Part shown: positions 36,400-48,210 of the stretch, in pieces
Layout of the letters: each line of letters opens with the position of its first letter
Position numbering within the stretch: position 1 is the first letter of the stretch
Origin: Eledone cirrhosa
Lineage: Eukaryota
DNA length: 64,000 nt
Direction of reading: 5' to 3'
NCBI GenBank assembly: GCA_964016885.1
Contig: OZ024742.1
Location: forward strand, 46,562,001-46,626,000
Translations under genes and position numbers: made by a program
Notes under the pieces: model-generated
Told to the model about the DNA's origin: nothing
Database searches by the model: none
Seen by the model: only the letters and a program-made list of their open reading frames with translations

Positions 36400-37070
36400 A
36401 GATAGCTTTAGAAGTGACCGTGAACAACTTTGGCCTAAAATAACCTATCACCACCAACCTTAGTATATTACATTTTTTAGATGTTACTCCCTCCTTAAAA
36501 ATAAATAAATATAAACTGTTTAGCAAACCTAATGAAAAACTCAAGTGTAATATTGCTAAATCTAATATTTTAAAACCCTTTATAGCCTTAATATTAACTT
36601 CCTCATCAACCAGCGCTAAAGGAAACTATTTAATGGAAGTTATCTTGAACTGCGTTACAGTTCTATAGAATACTTGAATTAACTACTTTAACTTAGAGTA
36701 ACTGCGCACGCAGAAATATAAACGCATCGATATCAGTATTGTAATGCTTAAACAAACATGAATGAACTCCTTCTACCAAAATGGATTTTAAAGTAGTACA
36801 CATACTTTTATAGATATAGGGCAAAGTTAATTTCAACAATGTTGCATGTGCCCCACATTTCCCTCCTGGCATATAGAAGAAAAATATACAACGGCCATCT
36901 CCAATTATATCTGGAATGCGAAAGAACACAATTCTGATTTTGATATCAACTGGAACATCATAGAACATTGCAAACAATATAGGAAGGGGATAAAAAAAGC
37001 ATTTCATGAACAAGTGAAAATAGCCTAATAGAAAAAATGTGATATGCTACCATAAGCTAAAATATCGAAA
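36400..37070 (+). pseudogene. Penelope-like element relic (RT C-terminus and GIY-YIG endonuclease C-terminal region)
   Basis: Translates to FGLK..ITTNLSILHFLDVT...KYKLFSKPNEKL....AKSN (PLE RT thumb-type FLDV motif) and TAISNYIWNAKEHNSDFDINWNIIEHCKQYRKG (PLE GIY-YIG region); interrupted by stops and deletions. Confidence 0.75.
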
Positions 37071-38624
37071 ATCCTCCAAGATTAAACCTACCAGAATTAA
37101 GTAACTAAAAGTAATCCATTCCATTCTATTATTAGCATATTTTCCTATACACTGTTATCTTCAAAAGTAATAACAGTTTCAGTCATTAATTGATCTCCTT
37201 TCTGAATTCAAAGTAAATATTAAAATTGTAGAGATTTCCTTATAGATTCCCATTTTAACATTTCAATATATTTTTCTAATTTTCTTATGATTTGAATTTT
37301 TAATTAATGTAAGATTTTCTACTATAGCTTGTATTGTGCATAATGAAGCTAGTGTGGAAATTTCTTTTAGCCGAATTGGGTATCTGCTTTAAATACCTAA
37401 CTCAATGAATCAAATTAGGAAGATCACTACAAATTTGACGTTTACTCAAATGTAACGGAAGGAAATGAAATAGCGGCAAGTAGCTAAAACAATTAAGTAA
37501 AGAGATCTGAGTAAATTCTGAAGTTTTAGAATAAGACATCATTCTTCTCAAAGCTGATATGATCCCTGGAGACACAGCAAGGTCACATTCTGAAACAGTT
37601 TTCTAACGGCTAGTAACACAATAAAATGTCAGACACTGTTATAAAGACGAGCTTTACATCGAACCATTAATAAGATTGAACCATTAATAAGATTGAGTTA
37701 AACAGAAAGTTTAAATACACAAAAATGAAAAGAAGGTAGGTATAAGAGAAGGAAAAGTATTAGAAACAAGTGAAGGTGGCGAATTGTCAGTGTGGTTAGA
37801 ACTTTGGAGAGAGAATGCTTTGCAGTATTCTTTCCGGGTCTCTGTCCTCTAAGGTAAAAGTCTAGTGATGTCAACTTTTCCTTTCATTCTTTCGAAGTTG
37901 ATACAAAAGTCCAGTTCAGTACTGGGGCTGATTCCTCTTTTTATATCCTTTTCTCACGTTCTTTCTTTTTCTCATTCTCTAGAGGCAATCGGCTATGTTC
38001 TGGTCAGTTTTAAAATGCACAAGACACACTGTATGTCTCCATCAGGAGTTACATGTCTATACAAACATTTGCTTGTAATGGAATGTTCGTTGGAGAATAC
38101 AAAGATGGCTTCCCTTCGTTTCTTTCATGTGATTTATTTTTCTTTGACCAAACACCGTCCTGTCAGTTCTAGTCTTTTTTGAGTGAGTATGAGAGAAAAG
38201 AAAGAAGGATCGACCTTAGTACTCCAAATGATAAAAAAGCAATGTTGCCTTTAGCGGGATTTGAAATCAGAGTGCAGAAAACTGGAAACATTAACATGAA
38301 TCATTCAATGTGACGCTCTATCGACTCTGCTAATTGGTCGACATTGTATTGTGCCCAAGGAAGCAATTACAATTATGCTGTTTTTATTTGGATATATATC
38401 TAATTTCATTTATCACAGTCTCTCGGGTTTTCATTAATTCATCGATAAATTCAGAAAATCAATACAATTAATCGATAGATTTTAATGTAACTTTTATTAC
38501 CAATTAAAGAAATTCGTTGTTTATTCTCTATTGATTTCTTTCATACTTCCATGTTTATACCACTGTCACTTATATGTTACAGAACATATTTAACTTAAAT
38601 TAAAAACAATATTGTAGAAGTTTA

Positions 38625-38840
38625 TGAGGCTGGAGGCTTGACCGAATTGGTAGACCGTCGGATAACATGCCATTGTGGGTTTTGCTTTGGCGTTTTGTAT
38701 TCTGAGTTCAAATTCCATCGAGGTCGCTTTGACTTTCGCCCTTCTAGAGTCGATAAAATAAAATACCAGTAAAATACTATAATTGATTAAATCAACTTTG
38801 CCCATGTCCTGAAATTTACTGGACTTGTGTATATATTACA
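38625..38840 (+). mobile_element. Diverged SINE copy
   Basis: B box GAGTTCAAATTCC and GTCGATAAAATAAATACCAGT core. Confidence 0.75.
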
Positions 38841-39269
38841 TTAGATATTCTTTTCACATTTCACATCACATTTTAAAGAGGATATTTGTATTCTGATAGT
38901 TTCTTCCCTCACATATTTCATCTATGTAATTCTCTCATGACATTTTGCTCTCCTGACCACTACAATTTGCAAAGATTCAGAAGCAACTCCAATCGTCATC
39001 TTCCCTTTCTTGAATTATGTTCTTTTTGTCTTGTCCTTTTCCATTTTCAGTGAACCTTTGCATTTTAGTGGCTTTATTGCCTTGCTTGATGTGAGTGAAT
39101 TAAAAATAAAACATATTTATCATGTCATCCGATGACATTCTACTAAATGTGTGCCACTATGTGACTTCCACCACAGTAATAGTCTGCCATCACACATTCA
39201 AATTACATGATTTAATTGTCTTAACCTTCTTCTCAGCATTACCATTATTACTTTCTAGTCTCATACTAT

Positions 39270-39347
<78 letters not shown>

Positions 39348-39370
39348 GATTTATTCAGTTATTATTATTA

Positions 39371-39470
39371 TTACGGGGTCGATAAAATAAAGTACCAGTA
39401 ATGTACTCGGTAATTGCTGGCCTTGTGCCTAAAATAGAAACAATTATTATTATTATTATTATTATTATTA
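39371..39470 (+). mobile_element. SINE 3' part with (TTA)n tail
   Basis: TTACGGGGTCGATAAAATAAAGTACCAG...TTGTGCCTAAAATAGAAACAA(TTA)n. Confidence 0.9.
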
Positions 39471-39678
39471 GCGACCTACGTAGGAAATCGTATTATCGTG
39501 AGCTCCGCAAACGTTTGTTGTTTTCAGTTGTTTCCAATTGCCAGTTATGGAAAATTTTTGTTGTTAAGTGTTTATAAGTTCACATATATTGCTTTCTGAA
39601 ACACAAAAAATATTGGGGCTTCGAGCCCAAAACTTAAACTTTTTATTTATCAAACAAAATATTTCTTTGAAAAAAAAC

Positions 39679-41530
39679 ATGGACGACAAATTTACTGTTT
39701 TTAACAGACCAACACGCCCCTCCCCCACCACCACCAACACCTTTGTAAGCCTTGCCACGGTTGCCAACACTGAAAATATAATTAATAGCAGTCTGAATTA
39801 TTAATATTTGCCGCATAAAGACATGGATTTCCCGCCATTACCAATAACTGCAGGTGTTAAAGCCGCCACCCCAAACACCACAATGTCAATAAGAACAACG
39901 AACACCACTAATACCACCACCACCACCACCACTGATACCACCACCACCACAGCGACAACAGAAACAAAAAAAAATAAATTATTATCTCGTGACATCGAAA
40001 TTGATTCACCCAGAATCGACTCTTCCACGCCTAACACCACTGACACCACCACCACCACCTCCACCGCAACTGAAACTAAAAATACCAATAACAACAACAG
40101 CAACAACAATAATGAGAATAACAATAACAACATCAACACCACCGCAAAACAAAATGTGTCATTTGCCAAAGCAGCCAAGAAAAGCGAAACAATCGGGGTA
40201 AGACAGGATGAATTAAATGAAGCCAAGCAAATGGTAAACCACCTAATAAAATGGAGCATCGGCGCCTATGCACCGTGTCATATCGGATGATAAACACAAA
40301 ATCACGCCGAGTGGGACGGGAATCCGAGTCCCAAATACAAAAAGCTTTGGGACATGTGTGGGCGAAGAAAACCCACATCAAATGTGGGCAGACACATGGA
40401 ACTGTGGACGTGTTCTTTAGAACCCCACAGGAAGTCAGAGAGCACTCCATGGCCCCATTAAGAAGTGACGACTTCACACTCGTCCCAAGCTATTGTGGTC
40501 AGAGACTCGTGAAGATCAGGGTGACCTACGTTCCACCGGCCATCGAAATTCCCTGGCTAATGGCTGCCGTCCTCGCCGGCATCGAGGCCAACACGAAAAT
40601 AATCGAAGTAACAAAAGAAAAGCAGGAGAACTGGTCTGGATCTGGGATGGAGCTCCTGATCCAAGCAGACTAAAAAAACATTGATGAAATTCCAAAGGTG
40701 ATAGACCTAACTGACGACAGCCATCTCACCGTAATCGTTGAGGGTAGAAGGCCTAGGTGTGTCGTCTGTGGTGAAGGAACCCACCTAAAGGCTTTCTGCC
40801 CTCAGGCTAAGAAGTTGAGGCCACCTCTCTTACCCACCCCAGTGACTCAACCATCAACATCACCAGCAGCAGAAATGGCAGCAACAACTGTAGCAGCAAC
40901 AACCCCAACAACAATATCAGCAACAACCCCAGTAACACTAGCAAAACCAACACCATCACCACCCACCGCGACAGAATTAGCACCAGCGCCTCCAACATCC
41001 ACCACGTCACAACCAAACCCAACGCCTGTGAAGGATTTTCCACTCCCCGACCTATCGCAACTGGAGACAGATTGTTACGACGAGGAGTGGGAAACTGTAT
41101 CAGGAAAAAAGAAGAAAAGAAAAAGAACCCCCAAAAAGAAAAAAATCCTCTTCCTTCCCCCTCCAAAAACAAAATGCAGGGGGAAACAAATAAACAAACA
41201 AAGAAAAAGGTTAAGACAGCTATGCAACCATCCACATCAGCATCACCAACCCCATCATCACAAACACCAACCCCATCACCATCATTAACCCCAACACCAT
41301 AATCCCCAACACCACAAAAGTCACCAAAAAGTGAAACAGAAACAAACCCACAACAAATGCAAACAAAACAAAACAACCAAAACGATACACACTATACAGC
41401 ATTAAATTTGAACAACAACCAATTATTACACTGCATTCAACACAACACCAGCATCAACAGAAAAAGACTACACAACACCCCAAAAATTCAACCCAAAAAT
41501 TCACACAAGTGGTCTTTCCCATCTTTTTCC
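39679..41530 (+). pseudogene. Tx1 ORF1 (gag-like), disrupted
   Basis: Thr/Asn-rich N-terminus, SFAKAA motif, putative RRM-like region, zinc knuckle CVVCGEGTHLKAFC (CX2CX4HX4C), Pro/Thr-rich tail; broken by stops and frameshifts. Confidence 0.85.
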
Positions 41531-41543
41531 ACTCCTTTTCAAC

Positions 41544-44500
41544 ATGACCTCACTCAGAATAGGCAGCATAAATGCGCGTGGCTTGGGGTCGTCATGGAAG
41601 CAGGGCCACCTGCTCAACGACCTCAGATCACTAAACATAGATGTGGTGGCCATCAGCGAGACCAGAATCTCCGAAGCACGGTCCTTCGCACCGACCTTCG
41701 GCGGCTACGATATGTACGCATCTCCCAGCCGTCCGGGATCGGGGGGAGGAGTTGCTGTGCTTTTTCGGAGAGGTTTGGGTCTCGCCATACGGGCCATCTT
41801 CCTGGACCCAGAAGGTAAGTTGGTGGTGCTGGACGTGACCAGCGGAGACGGGCAAGCTTTCAAGCTAGTGGCCGTCTATGCCCCGACAGAAGCAGGGCGT
41901 CGTGAATTCTTCCGGCGTCTGGAGACCTTTCTTGGAACGTCCCGCTCTTTATTGTTAGTGGGCGACTGGAACGGGATCTTAGATGCACGCTGGGACTGTG
42001 TGGGATTAGCGGATAGGGGAGGAGGGTGCAAGAGACTCACCAACCTGCTCAGGCGTTTTGAACTGTTTGACAGGTACCGATTGGATTTCCCGAATGTGTC
42101 AATGTGGACTTGGACAAACCGCATAGGGTCATCCAGATCATATCTAGATAGAGTATTTTGTAGGGAAATAGATAGGTCTAGCATAGGCTGTCCACAATTC
42201 AAGATAGTCAGCTACACGGACCACAAATTCGTTATCTGTGTGGTTGACTTAGATAGGCTTCATAGACAAGGACCAGGCTACTGGAAGCTAAACTAATCCT
42301 TACCAGCGCGCAAGGCCTACAGAGACCGGATTACCGAACTAGTTAAGCGGGCGTTGACGGGGGCCATCGTCAACAACAAGTGGTGGATTGCTCTGAAAGC
42401 GATTAGAATAGAGTCCATTAGGTTTAGTAAGGTTTTAGCAATAGAGTAAAATAGAGCAGAGGGAGAACTAGTTAGAAAATTAGACGAGGCGCTTAGCAAA
42501 GGCATTGCGACCGACGTACTTGCGGCGACATTGGCCCTTGACCAATTCTTCAGTGCAAAGCACGAAGGCTGCATTGTCATAGCTAGGGTGCGTGATCTCA
42601 GACCCGAGGGAACGAAAGCCGTTCAATGGGCCCGAGTGGCGGAGGCGAGTTGTGTCAACAAAGCCACGATCCGGTCTTTGGTGGACCACGACGGGCGCAT
42701 GCTACTCGATCCCGGGCAAATGTGTGAAGCTTTTCAGCGACACTTTGCTCATCTGTTCGGGGGTAGCGGCGGGCCGGATCGAGGGATGGACTTTAGTGTC
42801 TACCTCGACGGACTGCCGCGGCTTTCGGCCACTGAGGCGTAGTGTTGCGAAAAGCCGATAACAACCGCTGAAGTACGGGATGCAATGACTAGTTGCACAA
42901 GGGGTAAATCGCCTAGTTTGGATGGTCTGCCGTATGAACTTTACGTACAAATGCCAAACTTGTTCGGAGGCCTCTTGGCGGACGTCTACTGCAACTGGCA
43001 ACAGAACGGGAGAATTCCCAGCTCTGGGAGCCGAGGAGCGGTGGCGCTGCTGAGAAAGGATCCGAACAAGGGGGATAACATAGATAATTTTAGGCCCATA
43101 ACTCTGCTAAACACAGAGTTCAGGATTTTGGCCAAGGTGCTAGCAAAGAGGTTGGCGCTTGTCGTTGGTGGTCTGGTGGGAGAGGCACAGACATGCGCCA
43201 TTCCCGACAGATCCATCCACGACAACCTCCACCTCATGCGATACATCGTAGAGAGGGTAGCTAGGGAACCTGGCACGGGTGGGTCTTTGATCAATTTAGA
43301 TCAGTCGAAAGCCTTCGATAGGGTCGACCATCGTTACCTAACGGCAGTCCTGAAGGCGGCTGGCTTTGGGCCCGTCTTCAGAGGCTGGATCGCTGCCATG
43401 CACAGCGACATCTGCTCTGTAGTGAGAGTGAACGGTCACCTTTCGGAACCGTTCAACATCATGCGCTCGGTCCGCCAAGGATGTCCCCTCTCGTCCCTAT
43501 TGTACGTATTGACTCTCGAGCCATTACTGCACAAACTGGAGACGTTGAGGGGGGTCCCGCGCGAACTAGGATGCGGAAGATCCGTGTCAGCATATGCCGA
43601 CGATGTCACCGTAGTGGTGTCGAACGCCAAACACATCGAGGCGATCGGCACTACACTAAGAGAATACGAAGCGGTGACAGGAGCAATGATCAACCAGGAA
43701 AAGTCAGTGGGCCTGCAGCTCGGCACCTGGAGAGGCAGGTCCATGCCGTCCAACAGCGTCGTCGGGCGCTGGACGGACGGACCGGTTAAATTGCTAGGGG
43801 TCTGGTTCGGTCCAGACCTCCAGACGGACAAAAACTGGGACGAGGTGACGAGCAGGGTGGCTTCTCTCACCCAGAAATGGGCCGAGAGGAAGCTATCCCT
43901 GAAAGGTCGAGCGGAGGTGGCGAATGCGTACATCGCATCCGTCATCTACTACCGCCTGACCGTCGTACCTTGTCCTAAGCCCCGCCTGACTGCGCTGGAG
44001 CGTTTGCTCTTTCGCTTCTTGTGGAAGGGACGCGCTCCGATGGTCAGGCGGTCCATCTGCTGTCAACACCCGCTACGTGGAGGGCTGGGCATGCCGTGGC
44101 TGATGATGCGCAGACACGCGCTCATGCTACGACATCTCCACCTCTTCCTCGACGGTGATCAGGTGTGGTCGCCGTTTGCTAGACGCGTTTTTCCCCAGCT
44201 CGTCTCCTTGACGGAGCTGCAGTCCTGGGTCAAGCGAAGATCGAGAGGGAGCGCTTGGAGACGGGAATGTCTTCAGGCGCTCACAGCCCTCGACCAATCG
44301 GGCAATGTGATCGGTGGAAACTCCACCTTGGCGTTCTATAGGGGATTAGTGGAGGGGAAGAGCGACGACGTACTTGGAGAAACTCTAGGCGTCGACAAAA
44401 ATCAACTAGCCAATCTCTTCGGAAGGACTTTCGGGCCGGGGCCTATGGACAACTTCCAGAAATCCCTGGCCTGGCAGTGCTTCCGGGGTGCTTTGCCAGT

Positions 44501-44960
44501 TCAGGATAAACTTTACAGGCATGGAGGTGCCATCAGCCGGGCATGTCCGAGATGCGCACAGGGCGACGAAACCGTCCTGCACGCACTCGTCCAGTGTCCG
44601 AGCATTGCTGACTTGTGGGTTTATGTCGAACACCTGCTGTCACGTGTAGGACAGATCCAGCTATCAGCTGAGTCCATCGTGAGGATTGCCCCGCCCTCTT
44701 CCTTTAGTCGGGAAGGGCAGGCAGTTTTTATCTGTCTGGTGGCCATGGCGAAAGAGATAGTATGGTGGACACATTTGAAAGGGCTGAAGACGAGCACTTA
44801 CCTCTTCGGTGATGCCCTGATTAACTTTTTCAAATTTCATCTGAAAAGGAAAATCAGGGTAGAGAGGGAAGTGCTCTCTTCCCAGCATTTTGTTGAAAGA
44901 TGGGTGAGAGAAGCAAGTATGGCCCGAATGAATGGGCCTTCTCTGAGTATGTGTCTGTAA
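41544..44960 (+). pseudogene. Tx1 ORF2: AP endonuclease, reverse transcriptase, C-terminal zinc knuckle; in frame but with three premature stops
   Basis: SINARGL, ISETR, VYAP, VGDWN, SYLDR, TDH (APE); DGLP, FRPITLLN, LDQSKAFDRV, VRQGCPLS, YADD (RT); CPRC..ETVLHALVQC. ORF pieces 41544, 42531 and 42885 share one frame, with stops near 42294, 42447 and 42840. Confidence 0.95.
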
Positions 44961-45218
44961 ATTAAAGGTGGAAAACTGGGAGAGGGCACTTTCCCTGGTG
45001 GTCAGGGCCATTGTGGTCTTTTAATGGGCTTTCTCCACAATGTCCCTCGGAAGTCTCCCCCCTATTGGGGAATTTTTCTTTGTTATTTTATTTCATCCTC
45101 TGTTTTTTTACACGCAGAAATGCCCATTTGTACCGTCCTGTATTGTCCTGTACTGTCCTTAATGTCTACTTTATGTAAACCCTTGTGGTTAATAAAGAAA
45201 ACATTATTATTATTATTC

Positions 45219-45575
45219 TTTGAGTCTCAGTCATTGATGTTAGTTAACTGGAAAGTTTGTTGAAATGAATATCAAGCCGCTACCTGCAGCCTCAGATATT
45301 CAGGACTTATCGGAGGGTTCTTGCTGTTCCCAGCAAGCATGCCTTTTGAAGTGTTCCAAAAAGCAGGGCGGGGCCAATTTTCCTTAACCAACCCGGGAAA
45401 CTCCTTGAGATAGTACCTAGTGGGCCTATGACAATCGGGACCACTTTGACTTTATGGCAGTTCCAAATCCTTTTTACCTCTCACTTTAAGTCCTGGTATC
45501 GGCTAATTTTCTCCCTCTCCTTCTCTTGCACTCTCGTGTCGAATGGGCAGGCCACATCCACAATCAGGCACGATC

Positions 45576-45578
<3 letters not shown>
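45219..45578 (-). mobile_element. 5'-truncated R4/Dong-like (restriction-like endonuclease) non-LTR retrotransposon 3' end
   Basis: Minus strand encodes CLIVDVACPFDTRVQEKEREKISRYQDLK*EVKRIWNCHKVKVVPIVIGPLGT...LQKACLLGTARTLR, then a short 3'UTR and (TAA)n; both junctions lie in (TAA)n. Confidence 0.82.
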
Positions 45579-45617
<39 letters not shown>

Positions 45618-46374
45618 CATTGTTATTTAAAAAATCCTCAGCCAAAATGCTAATACACAGACGATATTTTTTCTTCATTTTGGCGAGATTTACCAGGATA
45701 TTGTATTGAACTTTGCACCATTTAAACCGTCATATTAACGCCTAAAACCCCCAACTGTAGCTGCCATCATATCACTTCTAAACTACGTATCAAAATGACC
45801 GAGATGAAAGCTCATAAAGTGTCATTGAAGATTTCACTGTCTCAGGTATCGATATTGATTATCTACTTAAGAATACTGACAGATATTTATGGCTAAATGA
45901 CGCTAAGCTAGTTAAGAAGTTCCAGCTAAAATGTTACATACCTCACTCTATTTCTCTCTCTTTACCTCTTAAAATATGTTATTCACTATTATCAAGCGTC
46001 TTTCTTTGTTGCTTCTGTAATTCTATTTCTTTCTAATCTATATTTGCGAACAATCCCCTCTCACATATACACAAACAAAAATACACATAAAACACACACA
46101 CACACTCAATCTCACACACACACTCACACGCACACACACACATAAACGCACACACACACACACACACACACACATACGAGCACACGCACACTTACTAATA
46201 CATGTATATTTAGAAGTATATAATGTATATATGGATATGTCGTTCAGGAATTACTTTTGTAATCAGGTGATTTCGGGGTCGATCCGATTGTGTACCCCTT
46301 TAGGCAAGCTTGGGAGTAATCAAACCGGTATGAGTAAAATTTGGTAGATGGAAGACAAAAACAAAGGCATTCTT

Positions 46375-46830
46375 TCTCCTAATCATATATGATTCTTAGC
46401 CATTTTGAATTCGTTTCTGGCTGGGATCATGTAAGAAACATCTTTGTCCAATTGAGTTATCTCCTGATGATTTCCAAACCTCGTTGATTTATCCAAGATC
46501 GGATATATAAAAAAAATGGAATGAAACCGCCGGGGGTAGATATATTTTGATGATTTTGGTAAGATTTATGTACTTTTTTTCTTCTAACGTTGATTTTGTA
46601 CCTAATTATGTATGGTTAACTATATGCCTAGTCAATTTCTACAGACTATTAGAAATACTATTGTAGCTATAAGTCGCGGATAAGAAACTATATCTTTTAT
46701 CTATTGTTTCTTCATAAGAATTTTTTAAACTTATAGCATCGTTTAAATGATTTTTTGTATGGTTAATTTATGCTGTTTAGGAGAAGAAATACTGTATATA
46801 TTTTATCTAATGATTCTATGGACTTACCTT
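46375..46830 (+). mobile_element. Diverged second copy of the 25745-26308 hammerhead unit
   Basis: Colinear homology blocks; retains CTGATGA 46464-70, TTCCA/TGGAA stem II, GAAAC 46523-27, ACC/GGT and GTA 46536-38; stem I damaged. Confidence 0.7.
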
Positions 46831-47886
46831 ATATATATATATATATATATATCAACCTGCTTGTATTTTCGTCATGTTGGCTGCTGTGGCGTTCTCTACT
46901 TAACCACTGTTTTCAATTTGCTTCAATTTGAACACTTTTAACGTTTATTACTCTGAGATTCAGTTTATCGATTTATCGATATTATCTTATTGAGTGCTTC
47001 GTGCAAAGCCTCCGAATATTGTTCTTTCGTGGAATGTGAGCCGATGCTCAACTTCGATTTTACTCATATTATATATATATGCATATGTGAGAGTGTATGT
47101 GCTTGCCTGTGTTTTCTCACCCTTTCTCTCTCTCATTTTGAATTCGTTTTCATTTTTAAAATGTTCACCCATCTTTATTTATATTCACACAAATCTTTAC
47201 TTTACCTGCATCTCTTTGGAACCCTTTATCTATACATTTCTATCTTTCACCTTTTCTTCTGCCTTGATTCCACTCCTTATATCAGTTACCATTTCTTTCT
47301 TTGATTGTGTCTCTTTGCTTATAGTTTACGGTCGATTTATATATTTAAATCACCTTTAGTTTATGTGGAAGAACACTAATATTACCGTTACATTATCGTT
47401 TCTCATAACTTAAAATTATATCTGCCTCCTAACTCATTCTGTTATTGGAACAGTTAATATATCACTATTGTCAGACAGCGAGTGGGGAGGGGATTGGCAA
47501 AATTCAAGTATCGGATAAAATGAACTTGCAGCATTAGTTCAAATTCTGTCGCATCAACGTCTCATTCTTCGAGGTCCATAAAATAAAGTACCTGTCCTGT
47601 TTTTTCACTGATTTAATCAACTTTGCCCTTCCGCCAAATTTGTTAGTTTTGAGACTAAATTGGAAATCAATATATAATTATTGTCTCTGAGTATAATGGA
47701 TTAGTAAAATTGGTAGAGCACAGGACTAAATGCCTTTGTGGCACTTCTTCTGGTTATGGTTCTTTATATTTTCAGATCAAAACACACTGATATCAGCATA
47801 GAATTGATCCTTCCGGGTTCGATAAAATAAAGTGTCATCATTAGTAATATCGTTATTGAAAGATGGCAAATTCAACAAGTGCTCTT

Positions 47887-47955
<69 letters not shown>

Positions 47956-48171
47956 ATTCGATATGAAAACTGTGTAACCAACCCAATAAATTAAGACAAA
48001 CTTAATATATATAATAGATATGATATTAACTGCAATATTCAAAATATGATGGACTATTAAATAAATATCAATGAAAAAAGTAAATGAATACATAAAAATA
48101 TCTGAGGAACAACAAAAATAGAGACACATAAAGAAGACTGAACCCATATATATACATACATACATACACAG

Positions 48172-48210
<39 letters not shown>

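Larger units (their letters stand above)
39471..45218 (+). mobile_element. Apparently full-length Tx1/L1-clade non-LTR retrotransposon (copy A), decayed
   Basis: 5'UTR, ORF1, ORF2 (APE-RT-CCHC), ~240-bp 3'UTR with AATAAA and a (TTA)n tail; flanked by (TTA)n on both sides. Confidence 0.93.
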
